Shown: one piece after another, positions 10,705 through 21,297 of the stretch
Position numbering within the stretch: the stretch's first letter is position 1
Layout: each line of letters begins with the position of its first letter
Assembly (NCBI GenBank): GCA_963735595.1
Contig: CAVTLK010000001.1
Location: 96,001 to 160,000, forward strand
DNA from: an uncultured delta proteobacterium
Lineage (GTDB): Bacteria; Desulfobacterota; Zymogenia; Zymogenales; Zymogenaceae
Reading direction: 5' to 3'
Length of the DNA stretch: 64,000 nucleotides
Made by a program: the position numbers and the translations under genes
The notes under the pieces: model-generated
What the model was told of the DNA's origin: nothing
Databases searched by the model: none
The model's input: the letters and a program-made list of their open reading frames with translations, nothing else

Positions 10705-11397
10705 TCATCCTTTCTTTGGAAGTTTATCCATCATCTCCTTTACCCTGGATTGGAAGAGCCTTCGGAGGATGTAACCCCGAAGCTCATCGGCCTGCTCGGA
10801 GAGGGTAACGGTGATCCTTATATTCTCGTTCTTGGTTTTGCCGGCAACGATCTTCTTGCGCAGCCTAAGCTCCTCCTCGACGATCTTTTCGCCATGCTCG
10901 ATATAGAAGGTCATATCCCGGATGTCGATCCCCAGCTCCTTACTGCCCCTCATGAGCGTCTTGGCAAACAGCACGTCCTCCTGGTTATAGGGCTTGGTGC
11001 CGCCCTGATTATAGGGGACCAGGATTTTGAGCTTTTCGGCGGTATCCAGGAGCGACTTCTCGATACCGGTTGCCGCCAGAAACTCCTGGCGCGACATGAG
11101 GCGTTGCTCCCCCTCGGTTCGGGGGCGGAAGATAGCGTCTTCAAGTGAGAGGAGGGAGGGGAGGGATATTCCGTTATCCATCCGGCTGATTATGTTCTTG
11201 ATGACCGACAGGGGATAGTATCGTTTTTCCTGAAGCTCTCTGACCAGCGCGATCCGCTCGACGCACGATTCGTCGTAGTAGGCCATTGACTTGTTGACCT
11301 TTGTCGGCTGGGGAAGAAGCCCCTCCTTAACGTAGTATCGTATGGTCGATTGGGGTACGCCGGTGATACGTTCCAGTTCGCTTATTTTGACGGGCAT
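10705..11397 (-). CDS. MerR-family transcriptional regulator
   Basis: N-terminal KISELERITGVPQSTIRYYVKEGLLPQP winged HTH. Confidence 0.9.
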   Translation of the reverse strand: MPVKISELERITGVPQSTIRYYVKEGLLPQPTKVNKSMAYYDESCVERIALVRELQEKRYYPLSVIKNIISRMDNGISLPSLLSLEDAIFRPRTEGEQRLMSRQEFLAATGIEKSLLDTAEKLKILVPYNQGGTKPYNQEDVLFAKTLMRGSKELGIDIRDMTFYIEHGEKIVEEELRLRKKIVAGKTKNENIRITVTLSEQADELRGYILRRLFQSRVKEMMDKLPKKG

Positions 11398-11430
11398 TGG
11401 CTAAAAGCTTAAAGTATAAAGTTGGACTTC

Positions 11431-11459
11431 AAGATAGCGGAAAAGCCCTTAGGTGTCAA
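11431..11459 (-). promoter_or_regulatory. Putative sigma-70 promoter for the MerR/oxidoreductase cluster
   Basis: Minus strand TTGACA-17 nt-TATCTT upstream of the merR-like ATG. Confidence 0.55.
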
Positions 11460-11546
11460 GGTTTTTTTCTTCATGAGGGTACCGGCGCCACACGCTGTCA
11501 GGCAGGACGGAAGAAAAAAAACTGACGCTGCTCAACATTTTTAGTA

Positions 11547-11575
11547 TTGAAAATTGTCGGCGGGATGTATATAAT
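11547..11575 (+). promoter_or_regulatory. Putative sigma-70 promoter, divergent
   Basis: TTGAAA-17 nt-TATAAT. Confidence 0.55.
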
Positions 11576-11739
11576 TCGATCGGGTGAGTGACACTTATTA
11601 AAACATCCGGCGGCCCAACGCACGCTCCCGTGAGGCCGTCACCTCGACGTCCGGGAGCCGGGATGGCCGCATCATCCTTCGAGCCAATCGCACATCCTTA
11701 CTGCGGGTGCGAGATATCTAATATTATTAGGGGACTGAT

Positions 11740-12282
11740 ATGAAAGAACAATCGATCGTCGTCAGGCCGACGTTATCGTATCGGCTCAAGAAGATGGTGG
11801 TCGGGATCGCGCTCCTTGCCCTCGGAGGCACCTTCGAGAAGGTCTCGAAACACAGCGCCGAGCTTAAGGAGGAAATCAAGACTTGGAAGAAGGGAATCGT
11901 TATCTCTCTGGGAGTGCTCCCCAACGGGCCGTCCATCTCGCTCAAGGAGGAAAACGGAACGATCCGCTACCTCGGAAGGGGATATAAGAACCCCGATGTG
12001 AAGATCATATTCAAGAACATGGACAGCGCTTTTTTACCGTTTACCGCCCAGATGGGGTCTCATATCGCCTTTGTCCAGCACCGGGCGATGGTGCATGGCA
12101 GCGTCCTGGACGGGATCAAGGCAAACCGGGCCATGGGAATCGTCCAGGCGTATCTCTTACCCGGTATCGTCTTCAAAAAGGTTTTCAAGCTGCCGCCAAA
12201 GCTGACGCTCAAGCAGAAGCTCTTTAAGCTCTATGTCTACCTCACGATGGGCATCGACATGGCGCTCAACGCGGCCAAGTGA
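11740..12282 (+). CDS. Hypothetical protein, possibly SCP2 sterol/lipid-binding-like fold
   Basis: Clean ORF; PDVKIIFKN..AF..F.....H.AFVQHRAMVHG pattern resembles SCP2-like proteins (by eye). Confidence 0.55.
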   Translation: MKEQSIVVRPTLSYRLKKMVVGIALLALGGTFEKVSKHSAELKEEIKTWKKGIVISLGVLPNGPSISLKEENGTIRYLGRGYKNPDVKIIFKNMDSAFLPFTAQMGSHIAFVQHRAMVHGSVLDGIKANRAMGIVQAYLLPGIVFKKVFKLPPKLTLKQKLFKLYVYLTMGIDMALNAAK

Positions 12283-12348
12283 CCGTGTTCGAATGGAGCC
12301 AATTAAACGATTCTTTTTAATATAATATCCAGATAGGAGATACAAGCG

Positions 12349-13523
12349 ATGTTACCAGACTATTATGAATTTATCTGCCCGGTCAAGATATTAAGCGGCC
12401 TCAAGGCCCTCTCAAACCTTCCCTACGAGCTGACGCTGCTCGGTGCAAAGCGCCCGCTCATCGTCACGGACCAGGGTGTCGTGAAGGCCGGGCTCCTCAA
12501 GCTCGTTACGGAGGCCTTTTCGGAATCCAAGATCAAGCCGGGGGCGATCTTCGACGAAACCCCGCCCGATTCGGGCAGCGCCGTCGTCAACAAGGCTGCC
12601 AAACTCTTCAAGGATAAGAAATGCGATTCGTTTGTAGCCGTCGGCGGCGGGAGCGTCATCGATACGGCCAAGTGCGCCAATATGATCGTGGTGGAAGGCA
12701 CCAGCGACCTGATGAAGTTCCAGGGGGTAGACCGCCTCGAAAAGGATATGAAACCCTTCGTGGTCATCCCGACGACGGCGGGCACCGGGTCGGAGGTCAC
12801 GAGCGCCGCGGTTATCTATGACGAGAATACCCACACGAAAATGGCCTTTACCTCGAGCAAGCTCTTCCCCAAGGCGGCCATACTCGACCCGCGTATGACG
12901 ATGACCATGCCGCCCAAGATCTCCGCGGCCACCGGTATGGACGCCCTCACGCACGCGGCCGAGGCCTACTACTGCCTGGCAAAGAACCCGGTGTCGGACG
13001 CGTTTGCGATCGCCGCGATCAGGCTCATCTTTGGCAACCTGCTCACCACGGTTAAGGAACCGAAAAACAAGGAGGCACGGCTGGCGATGCTCAACGCCTC
13101 GTTGCTTGCCGGCGCAGCGTTTTCCAACTCGCTGGTGGGCGTCGTGCACGGTATCGCCCATGCAACGGGCGGGGTTGCCCGGGTGCCCCACGGGGTGGCC
13201 AATTCTATCCTGCTCCCCTACGGGATGGAGAACAACTTCAAGCGGGTCGGAGCCGATCATCGGCGAGCTCGCTCCCTTCATGGGGATGCCCGTCGACGGG
13301 AAACGCCAAGAAGGACGCCGAGAACGCGGTGGCGGCCGTCAGGAAGCTGGGTAAGCAGCTCAAGGACGCCAGCGGCCTGCCGACGAAGCTCTCGGAGGCC
13401 GGCGTAACCAAGGAGCAGCTTCCCGAGATCGCCAGGTCCGCCATCAACGACGGCTCCTGCACGATCAACCCGGAGGAGATCACCTACGAGGTGGCGCTGG
13501 ATATCCTCAAGAAGGCGTTTTAG
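12349..13523 (+). CDS. Iron-containing alcohol dehydrogenase (one indel near 13250)
   Basis: GGGSVID, PTTAGTGSE, GMDALTHAAE, VHGIAH and PHGVAN motifs; C-terminus in ORF 13329..13523. Confidence 0.92.
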
Positions 13524-13578
13524 CAGCTCAAAGAAAGCTCCGATTTCCATATTCTTCGGTAGGTATAAAAGAAAGCAA

Positions 13579-13602
13579 GCGGGCGCCTGAAAAGGCGCCC
13601 GT
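13579..13602. terminator. Hairpin between convergent genes
   Basis: CGGGCGCCT-GAAA-AGGCGCCCG. Confidence 0.65.
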
Positions 13603-13646
13603 TAGTTTGTGGGAGATTTGTTGGATCCGCGGGTTAATACTCCCGC

Positions 13647-14805
13647 TTACCTCAGCACCTTGGATATCAGCCCGAACCGGCGGTCGGCCGTCTCGGCGCT
13701 GTGGATCTTGAACATTAACGAGCGGATCGGCCGGATGTAGCGGTAGTACGAAGCGACTTTAGCGTATATGGGGTGGGTCTTGATCTCGGCCTCCAGACGG
13801 TTCATGTCCCGGTTCTTCCACGACATTCCCGTCTTGACGTCCCGGGCGAGGATCTGTCCCACGTGGTGCCCGATGAGAAACGACGAGGCGATACCGCTGC
13901 CCCCCTTTGCCTCGACCTGGCCCGCGGAGTCCCCCACCATGACAACGCCGGGGGCGGCCACGAACCGGTCGATGAAGCCGCCCATCGGGATGATCGTGAA
14001 GAGGCGGTAGGTCTCTTTGGTGCCCTTCATCCGGTCGCGAAATACCGGGTGTTTTGCGATAAAACGCTGGAGGAATCCGTCGACCGAGGCGGCGTCGGGA
14101 ATAGGGATACCCCGGGGGGTATTGGGTTTGAAGATAAGAAGCCCGATGTCCGCCCTGCCGTTACCGGACGGGAAGATGTAGCCCACCGACGGCGGGTCGC
14201 CCTCGTGGATATGGGTGAAGTACTCGAGGCGGATGTCGGGATATCGACATGTTTTCCACGCGCAGCTTCAGGATCGGGCAGTCGATCTTTCCCCGTCCGA
14301 TCCCGAGTTCGCGTGAGGTAATCCCCTCGGTTCCATCCGCCCCCACGACGACCCGGGCCCTTATCTCGCGCACGTTTCCCTTGTTCCGTACGCGGACGCC
14401 CGCGACGCGGCCATCCTCCACGATCAGGTCCATCACCTCGGAAGAAAACATGATATCGAGCCCGTTCGCCTTTGCGACGGCGGTCATGTCGTGCATGAAG
14501 GGGGTCCACTCAAAGATGAGGTTCGGATCATCGATGACGCGGTCGATCCACCTCGTGTCGGTCGGGGAATAGTAGCGGCGGCGGTTGGTAACGGCGACGG
14601 TGTTTCGGTCGAAAAATCCCTTGCCGAGGATCGTTTCCATCTCCGGGTTGAAGTGGATCGTTTCCCCTTTAATGGTGTCACCCACGTTCTTCTGGCGCTC
14701 GACCACGAGCACCTGCGCGCCCCGGGCAAGCGCCCCCATGCCGGCGCCGAGTCCGGCGGGGCCGGCCCCGATCACCAGGACATCGACGTGATTTTGCTGG
14801 GTCAT
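13647..14805 (-). CDS. Geranylgeranyl reductase-like FAD-dependent oxidoreductase (one indel)
   Basis: DVLVIGAGPAG, VVVGADG, GYIFP and VGDSAGQVEAKGGSGI motifs across two frames. Confidence 0.85.
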
Positions 14806-14988
14806 ACCATCGGCCTCATTTCTATAATTTGATACAAAAATGAGTATCTCACAGCGGCGGTAAAATAGCGCTAAAAAAGTTGCGCCGGCATAGAAAAAAG
14901 TGATAACAGGATACACACGGGGCGATTCGAATTATAGGACGTAAGACGAGGGTATCGGAGATTGAGGTCAACCAGGAGGGATGCCTGT

Positions 14989-15753
14989 ATGTATATCGAT
15001 AAGCTGAAGCTTGAGAAAAAGACGGCCATTATCACCGGCGGCAGTCGTGGAATCGGCAGGGAGATCGCGCTGGCATTCGCCGAGCTGGGGGCGAACGTCG
15101 TCGTGGCCAGCAGAAAGCTTGCCGACCTGGAGCGGGTAAAAGAGGAGATCGAGGCGGCGGGAGGGGCAGGGCTTGCCGTGGCGGCCCACGTGGGGAAAAC
15201 CGAGGACCTCGAGAACCTCGTGAAATCGACCGTCGACCGGTTCGGGACGGTCGATATCCTGGTGAATAACGCCGCCGTCAATCCGGTGTTCGGGCCGATC
15301 GAGAGCATCGACGAAGCGTTGTTTACCAAGATGATGGATGTCAACGTCAAGGGATATCTCATGTTGTCCCGCATGGCCATGCCCTACATGGAAAAGGCGG
15401 GCGGCGGCTCAATAATCAACATCGCCTCGGTGGAGGGTTTCAAGCCTTCCTACGGCACGGGGCTCTACAGCGTCACGAAGGCCGCCGTTGTCATGCTCAC
15501 GAAGGTGCTGGCCCTGGAATGGGCGGCACGGAAGATCCGGGTCAACTGTATCGCCCCGGGGCTGGTCAGGACGCACTTTTCGGAGTTCCTCTGGAAGAAC
15601 GAGGAGATACTGAAGATATACCTGGAGCATTGCCCCGTACAGCGGATCGGGGAGGCATACGAGATCGCGGGACTGGCGCTCTTCCTGGCCTCCGATCTTG
15701 CCGGTTACACGACCGGATCCGTTTTTACCGCAGACGGCGGGTATCTGATCTGA
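14989..15753 (+). CDS. Short-chain dehydrogenase/reductase (DHRS4/FabG-like)
   Basis: TGGSRGIG, NNAA, YSVTK and RVNCIAPG motifs. Confidence 0.92.
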   Translation: MYIDKLKLEKKTAIITGGSRGIGREIALAFAELGANVVVASRKLADLERVKEEIEAAGGAGLAVAAHVGKTEDLENLVKSTVDRFGTVDILVNNAAVNPVFGPIESIDEALFTKMMDVNVKGYLMLSRMAMPYMEKAGGGSIINIASVEGFKPSYGTGLYSVTKAAVVMLTKVLALEWAARKIRVNCIAPGLVRTHFSEFLWKNEEILKIYLEHCPVQRIGEAYEIAGLALFLASDLAGYTTGSVFTADGGYLI

Positions 15754-15811
15754 AACCGCATGATAGGGCGTTGAGATTTAGGCTGGTCGGGGGCGGCCGG
15801 TATTTTAGGTA

Positions 15812-15840
15812 TTGACAAAGAAGAGCCGCTTGTGTATCGT
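15812..15840 (+). promoter_or_regulatory. Putative sigma-70 promoter of tRNA-Val
   Basis: TTGACA-17 nt-TATCGT ending 10 nt before the tRNA. Confidence 0.6.
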
Positions 15841-15850
15841 TGAAAGAAAT

Positions 15851-15925
15851 GGGCGGTTAACTCAGCGGTAGAGTGCCATCCTCACACGGTGGAAGTCACT
15901 GGTTCAAATCCAGTACCGCCTACCA
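15851..15925 (+). tRNA. tRNA-Val(CAC)
   Basis: Cloverleaf GGGCGGT...ACCGCCT-ACCA; anticodon arm CCATC-CT-CAC-AC-GGTGG; GGTTCAAATCC T-arm. Confidence 0.95.
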
Positions 15926-16225
15926 TCTCAGGATTGAAGAAAGGCCTTTGCGGGGTATACATAATTAGACCTCCGCGGGGCCTTTTTGTTTCCCCGTGGC
16001 AATGTCCGGCGGTCTGCGTTCCAATCCTATCGAAAGATGGGCTGCATTTCGAGCAGTGTTCAATGTTACCGTATCTCTACACGTCCACGAAGCAAATAGA
16101 GGAACAATTCAAGCCGGACATGAAATAGACGAATCGTATCCAAATAATTGAAAAACTATTGAACATCTAACCTATATTATGTATAGTAATGGCCTGAATC
16201 GGCAGAAATCGGACTTATAGGGGGA

Positions 16226-16777
16226 GTGCGGGTGTTGTCTGAGAAGATCCGAATCAATACTCCTGAAGATCTACAAGTCACAAAAGATAATCTTGCCCTG
16301 GACGACGAGGGCATGATTACCTACCTGAGAAAACGCTTTATCCTTACTCCCCAGGACACGTTCAGCGACATGATGAAGGCGGCGGCGGACCTTGGAGGAA
16401 TTAATCTTGCCAAGGTATTCATGCGAAGGGCCGGGTATGAGGCGGCGTACAAGGTCTCCCTGGCGATGATCGAAAACCTGAACATAACGGGTGAAGAGCT
16501 CGTAAGGCACTATACTCGCACCGGCGGAAAGCGGGGGTGGGCGTTTGACGAGGTGGAAGTCATCGATGGTGCAAAAGGCACGTTCCTTTGCAAGGCGTAT
16601 TATTCTCCGTTCGTCATCCGTTTTTCGGGGAAATCGCACGTTTCTGTCTGCGACTTCCTTTCCGGGGCCTTCGAGGCGATGTGCCACGCCGCAGGCTTCA
16701 AGAATATGCGTATTATCGAGACCAAGTGTATAGCAAAGGGAGACGAGGTTTGCGTCTTCGAGAATATGAAAGTATGA
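16226..16777 (+). CDS. V4R domain-containing protein
   Basis: VCDFLSGAFEA...ETKCIAKGDEVCVF signature. Confidence 0.85.
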   Translation: MRVLSEKIRINTPEDLQVTKDNLALDDEGMITYLRKRFILTPQDTFSDMMKAAADLGGINLAKVFMRRAGYEAAYKVSLAMIENLNITGEELVRHYTRTGGKRGWAFDEVEVIDGAKGTFLCKAYYSPFVIRFSGKSHVSVCDFLSGAFEAMCHAAGFKNMRIIETKCIAKGDEVCVFENMKV

Positions 16778-17046
16778 TAAGATCCGTTATGTAGTTGCGG
16801 ATCCCTGCTCTGCGATCGGACAGATTGTCTGCTTATTGGGATTCCGGCATCTCCTTCCTGTTATCGTTCGCGCGATTGTCTCATCGGCCGGGCTTGCTTG
16901 CCGTAACCACAGCTTGTTACGTAACGGTACTCTTGTTGTATGAAGGGAACGTACCAACGATACGGCGGACGGCCGCGTATTGATACGATCCGGTTATTCC
17001 GGATCGAAAGTACCGTCTGTTAAACCCGGAACCGGGATATCTACCT

Positions 17047-20000
17047 GTGCCGCCAACACACCAGGGTGAGGTTTTTGTGAATCCCGAGTCATTTGAAAAA
17101 ATCCTGGGTAATCTGCCGGACGGTATGATTGTCCTTGATTCGGCCGGTACCATTCGGTGGATAAACCGCGCTGCACGGGAAATATTAGCCGTCGGTGACA
17201 GTAATACCGTCGGTAAAAAAGCCACTGCTTTACTGGAATCCGAACAAACGCCGGGTTGGTCGGTTTTAATCGAGAGTGTTGTTTCCGGTAGCGCCCCGGA
17301 TCAATACGAGCTTACGATCATTCTGACGGACGAGACGAAGACATACCTCGATATCAGAAGTCAAAAAATAGAATGGGGTTCCGAGAGCGCGCTACTGCTG
17401 ACTATCAGCGACGCCGGTGAGAAGAAAGGGCTTAAGAAAAGCCTTGCGGGGGCGGAAGCCCGGTATCAGGACCTTTCCGACATTGTTGCGGATGCGGTTT
17501 TTACGATTGACCTCAAGGGTAACTTTACGTGGGGCAACCGTGCCATGGAACCGCTGAGCGGATATACTCGAGAGGAATTCATAGGCAGGCACTTTAGTGA
17601 GTTTGTGAAGGCGCAGGACGTGGCGTTTATTACCGGTCTATATACTCAGATGTTCGATACGGGGCAATCGGTGAGAGGGGTAATCCACGAATTCATCAAG
17701 AAAGGCGGGGATATCAGGACGGTCGAGGCATACCTCGGCGTCATCAAAAAGAGGGGAAGGGCGGTCGGCTTCTACGGCTCAATCAGGGACGTAACGGAAT
17801 TGAGGCAAACCTATGGGTCGCTCGCGGAGAGCGAGGAACGGTACCGAACCCTGATCGAAAACCTCAACGACATTATATATACTATTGATGATAACGGGTA
17901 CTTTACCTATGTCAACCCCTCCTTCGAAAGGGTTTTTCGCTTCAGTCCGGAAGAAATCATGGGCAGACACATGGCCACCGTCATCCACCCGGAGGACCTG
18001 TCGGCCACCAAGGAGAGAATCGAGACCGCGGTACACGGGAATCCGGAGTCGTTTGAATTCAGGGCGTATGACAGGGAAGAAGGGCTACATCACATCCAGG
18101 CTTCAGCACGGCCCTTTACAAAAGGCGGAGCTTTTAGGGGTGTGACGGGCATCATGATGGACCTTACACATAGCCGCGAAATGGAGTGCCGTCTTCTCGA
18201 ATCGGAGGAGAAATATCGGCACCTCATCGAAAACGTCAACGACGTTATTTACTCGCTTGATCTGAACGGTAAGATAACCTTCGTAAACTCAGTTGCTGAA
18301 AACCTTTTTGGATATCACCCGGACGAAGTAATCAACAGACGCTTTGCCGACTTTATCTATCCGGATGATATACCTAAGCTAATCGAAGGTTTCAAGAGGT
18401 GGAATCCCCATTTTCATGACAGTCCGAAAAGCGCCGGCGAGCTCCCGGACTTTTTGGCAAGTATACAACATCCCGTCATTGGCCATCTGGGATCGATGGA
18501 ATTCCGGTTGGTCAGGAAAGACGGTGGGTTACGTTATGTGCGGTCTTCGTTTCGGATAATCCTGGAATCGGGAGTCCCGTCGGGAATGTCCGGGGTTCTT
18601 GTGGATATTACTAAAATGAAAGAGATGCAGCGAGAGCTCAGGCAGGCAAAGGTCAGGGCAGAAGAGGCCAATCGCGCCAAGAGCGTATTTTTAGCCAATA
18701 TGTCCCACGAGATCCGGACCCCGATGAACGGGATTCTCGGGTACTCGGAGCTCCTCCTGGACGGAGAACTAAACAACGAGCAGAAGGAATCGGTGAGAAT
18801 CATCCATGAATGCGGTGAGAGCCTGCTCGGCCTCATTAACGAAATTCTGGATCTCTCAAAAATAGAATCGGGGAAGATCGAATTACGGCCTGAATCATTT
18901 TACCTTTACGAGTTCATGAATCGGACGCTTGCCGTGCTCACGCCAAAAGCCCATGAAAAGTGCTTAGCCCTTGATTTCGTTCTGCAGGACGAGTTGCCCG
19001 CGAAGATCGTGACCGATCCAGATAAGCTCAGGCAAGTTATCATAAACCTCGCGGGAAATGCCGTGAAATTTACCGACGAGGGGCAAGTCAAGATCTCGCT
19101 TTCGATGGAATCGTCCGACAGCGGGATAGACTTTCTTACCGTGGCGGTGTCTGATACCGGACCCGGGATACCGGGAGGTAAGCAGCGTGCGATTTTTGAA
19201 CCGTTTACCCAGCTTGACTCTACGGCGGCCAAGAAGAGCGCCGGCACCGGATTGGGCCTCAGCATTACCAAGAAACTGGTTGAGCTGATGGGAGGAACCA
19301 TTCATGTTAACTCAACGGTAGGGAAGGGAACGACATTTACCTTTTCGATTCCCGTGGAAAAGACTGCCCCGGACAAGACCAGAGAGAGGAATCTTAATGA
19401 AGAACATGAGGCCGGAGGAAATATTCTCATCGTTGAAGACGATCTAAATACAAGCAGGTTTTATCAGAGCTTTCTTCTAAGAAATGCGTTTCATGTGATC
19501 ACGACGATACACGGACGTGAGGCGCTTTCACTTGCCGAAACCCACCGTCCCAGACTCATAATCCTGGATATTGTCCTGCCGGACATCTCCGGATGGGAAG
19601 TGCTAACGCTCCTCAAGAAGAACGTAAAGACCGCCGATATCCCCGTACTGGTGATCTCTGTTCTATCGGAAAAGGATAAGGCCATCAGCCTCGGGGCTAT
19701 AGACTACCTTGAGAAGCCGGTTATGGGCAGCGACCTGGTTAGGAGGGTGAGGTTACTGTCGGGTTACCACAAAAAGAAAAAAGAATGCGCCATCCTCGTT
19801 ACCGACCACGACAAAAATTTCCTCGAATTTTATCGGAACATCCCTAAAAGGGGAAGGGTACGTCATCTTTCCGTTTTCCGATTATCAAGAGGCGCACCGA
19901 TTTCTCGCGGAGAAAAAAAAGATCGATATTATTATACACGAAATAGGTTTCTCGGGTAACGCCGGTCTCGATTTGCTAAAATATCTAAAAGAAGATACGG

Positions 20001-20887
20001 ATCTCAGGAACGTGCCGATTATCCTGACAACGGAGAGAGAGTTAGACCGGGATGAGCTTAAGAAACTCCAGGCGATCTCCCGCACGCTCTTGAAGAAAAG
20101 CAGCGTAAATACGGATCGGATGGTACGTGAGATAGAATGGATATTACGGGATCTTAACATTGTCTCTCGGGACCGCGGAGATGCTCCGGTACGAACAACA
20201 AAGAAGGGACGGCCTGTCAGTATACTGCTGGCTGAGGATAATCCTGTTAACCAGAAACTGATTTCAACAATACTTACGCGTGAAGGGTATGCCGTGAGCG
20301 TAGTTGGTGATGGCGCCAAGGCGATACAGGCGCTGAGCGAGGAGACCTTTGACCTCGTTTTGATGGATATCCAGATGCCGAATATGGACGGCAACGAGGC
20401 GGCCAGACAAATAAAAGGAAATCCCTGGTATGAGATGATCCCACTGATTGCCCTGACCGCATTTGCCATGAAGGATGATGAGGTACGTGCGCGGGACGCC
20501 GGATTTAACGGCTATCTCACCAAGCCGGTTAAAAAAGAGGAACTCCTCAGAATCATTACCGATCACCTGACGACATTGGATGCGGCCGACAATAACGAGC
20601 CGGCCGTCCCGGTAGACGAGCTTGCCGAGATCGAGAACGAATACATCAGGAGTCTGCCGGGCCAGCTTGAAAAAATCGTAACTGCTTCAAGCGGACAGGA
20701 TTATGACGGGGTGTACAGAATAGCCCACGACTTGAAGGGAACAGGGGGCGCCTTCGGACAGGAAATGATCAGTACGCTCGGCAAACAGATCGAGAGCGCC
20801 GCCAAAGAAAAGAATAGGGAGAGCCTCGCGTCCCTGCTGGAATCACTCTCGGAAGAGATCCAAAGGATTACGGCACATATTGTCTAA
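17047..20887 (+). CDS. Cytoplasmic hybrid sensor kinase: 4 PAS-HisKA-HATPase-3 REC-Hpt (indels near 19840-19970)
   Basis: PAS repeats, FLANMSHEIRTPMNG H-box, GNAVKFT, DTGPGI, GTGLGL, receiver domains (ILDIVLP, LMDIQMP) and Hpt (AHDLKGTGG); no TM helices. Confidence 0.9.
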
Positions 20888-20913
20888 CCGGGTCATATGA
20901 AAAAGGGGGAAAA

Positions 20914-21285
20914 ATGAAAAAGATCTTAGTGGCCGAAGACAGCGAATCATTCCTTAAGCTCCTCGTTTACTGGCTTAAAAAAGACGGCTACGAGACGTTT
21001 ACCGTTCTTCGGGGTGATAAGGTGCTCGAAGCCTTCAGCGAGTGCAAGCCGGACCTTGTGATTCTTGACGGGCTCCTCCCGATGAAAAATGGTTTTGAAG
21101 CGGCAAAGGAGATCAGGGCGCTTCCCGAGGGTAAGAATGTGCCGATAATTCTCCTTACCGGCGTGTATAAGGAATCCGAGTTTTACAAGTACTCACAGCA
21201 GATTGGGGTGAATCTCCACTACGACAAGTCGTCTTTTAACGAGAAGGATTTCCTTCCCCAGGTAAAAAAACTATTAACCGAGTAA
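20914..21285 (+). CDS. Single-domain response regulator
   Basis: KILVAEDS...PDLVILDGLLPMKNG...LLTG. Confidence 0.9.
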   Translation: MKKILVAEDSESFLKLLVYWLKKDGYETFTVLRGDKVLEAFSECKPDLVILDGLLPMKNGFEAAKEIRALPEGKNVPIILLTGVYKESEFYKYSQQIGVNLHYDKSSFNEKDFLPQVKKLLTE

Positions 21286-21297
21286 TGGACAAAACCC

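Noticed and set aside
11580..11730. Riboswitch in the GC-rich leader of 11740
   Set aside because: Hairpins are possible but no known aptamer consensus was recognised.
4600..14805. Pseudogenes or programmed frameshifting
   Set aside because: Indels fall at different positions in each paralog, motifs are intact and no shared slippery site is seen; sequencing error is more parsimonious.
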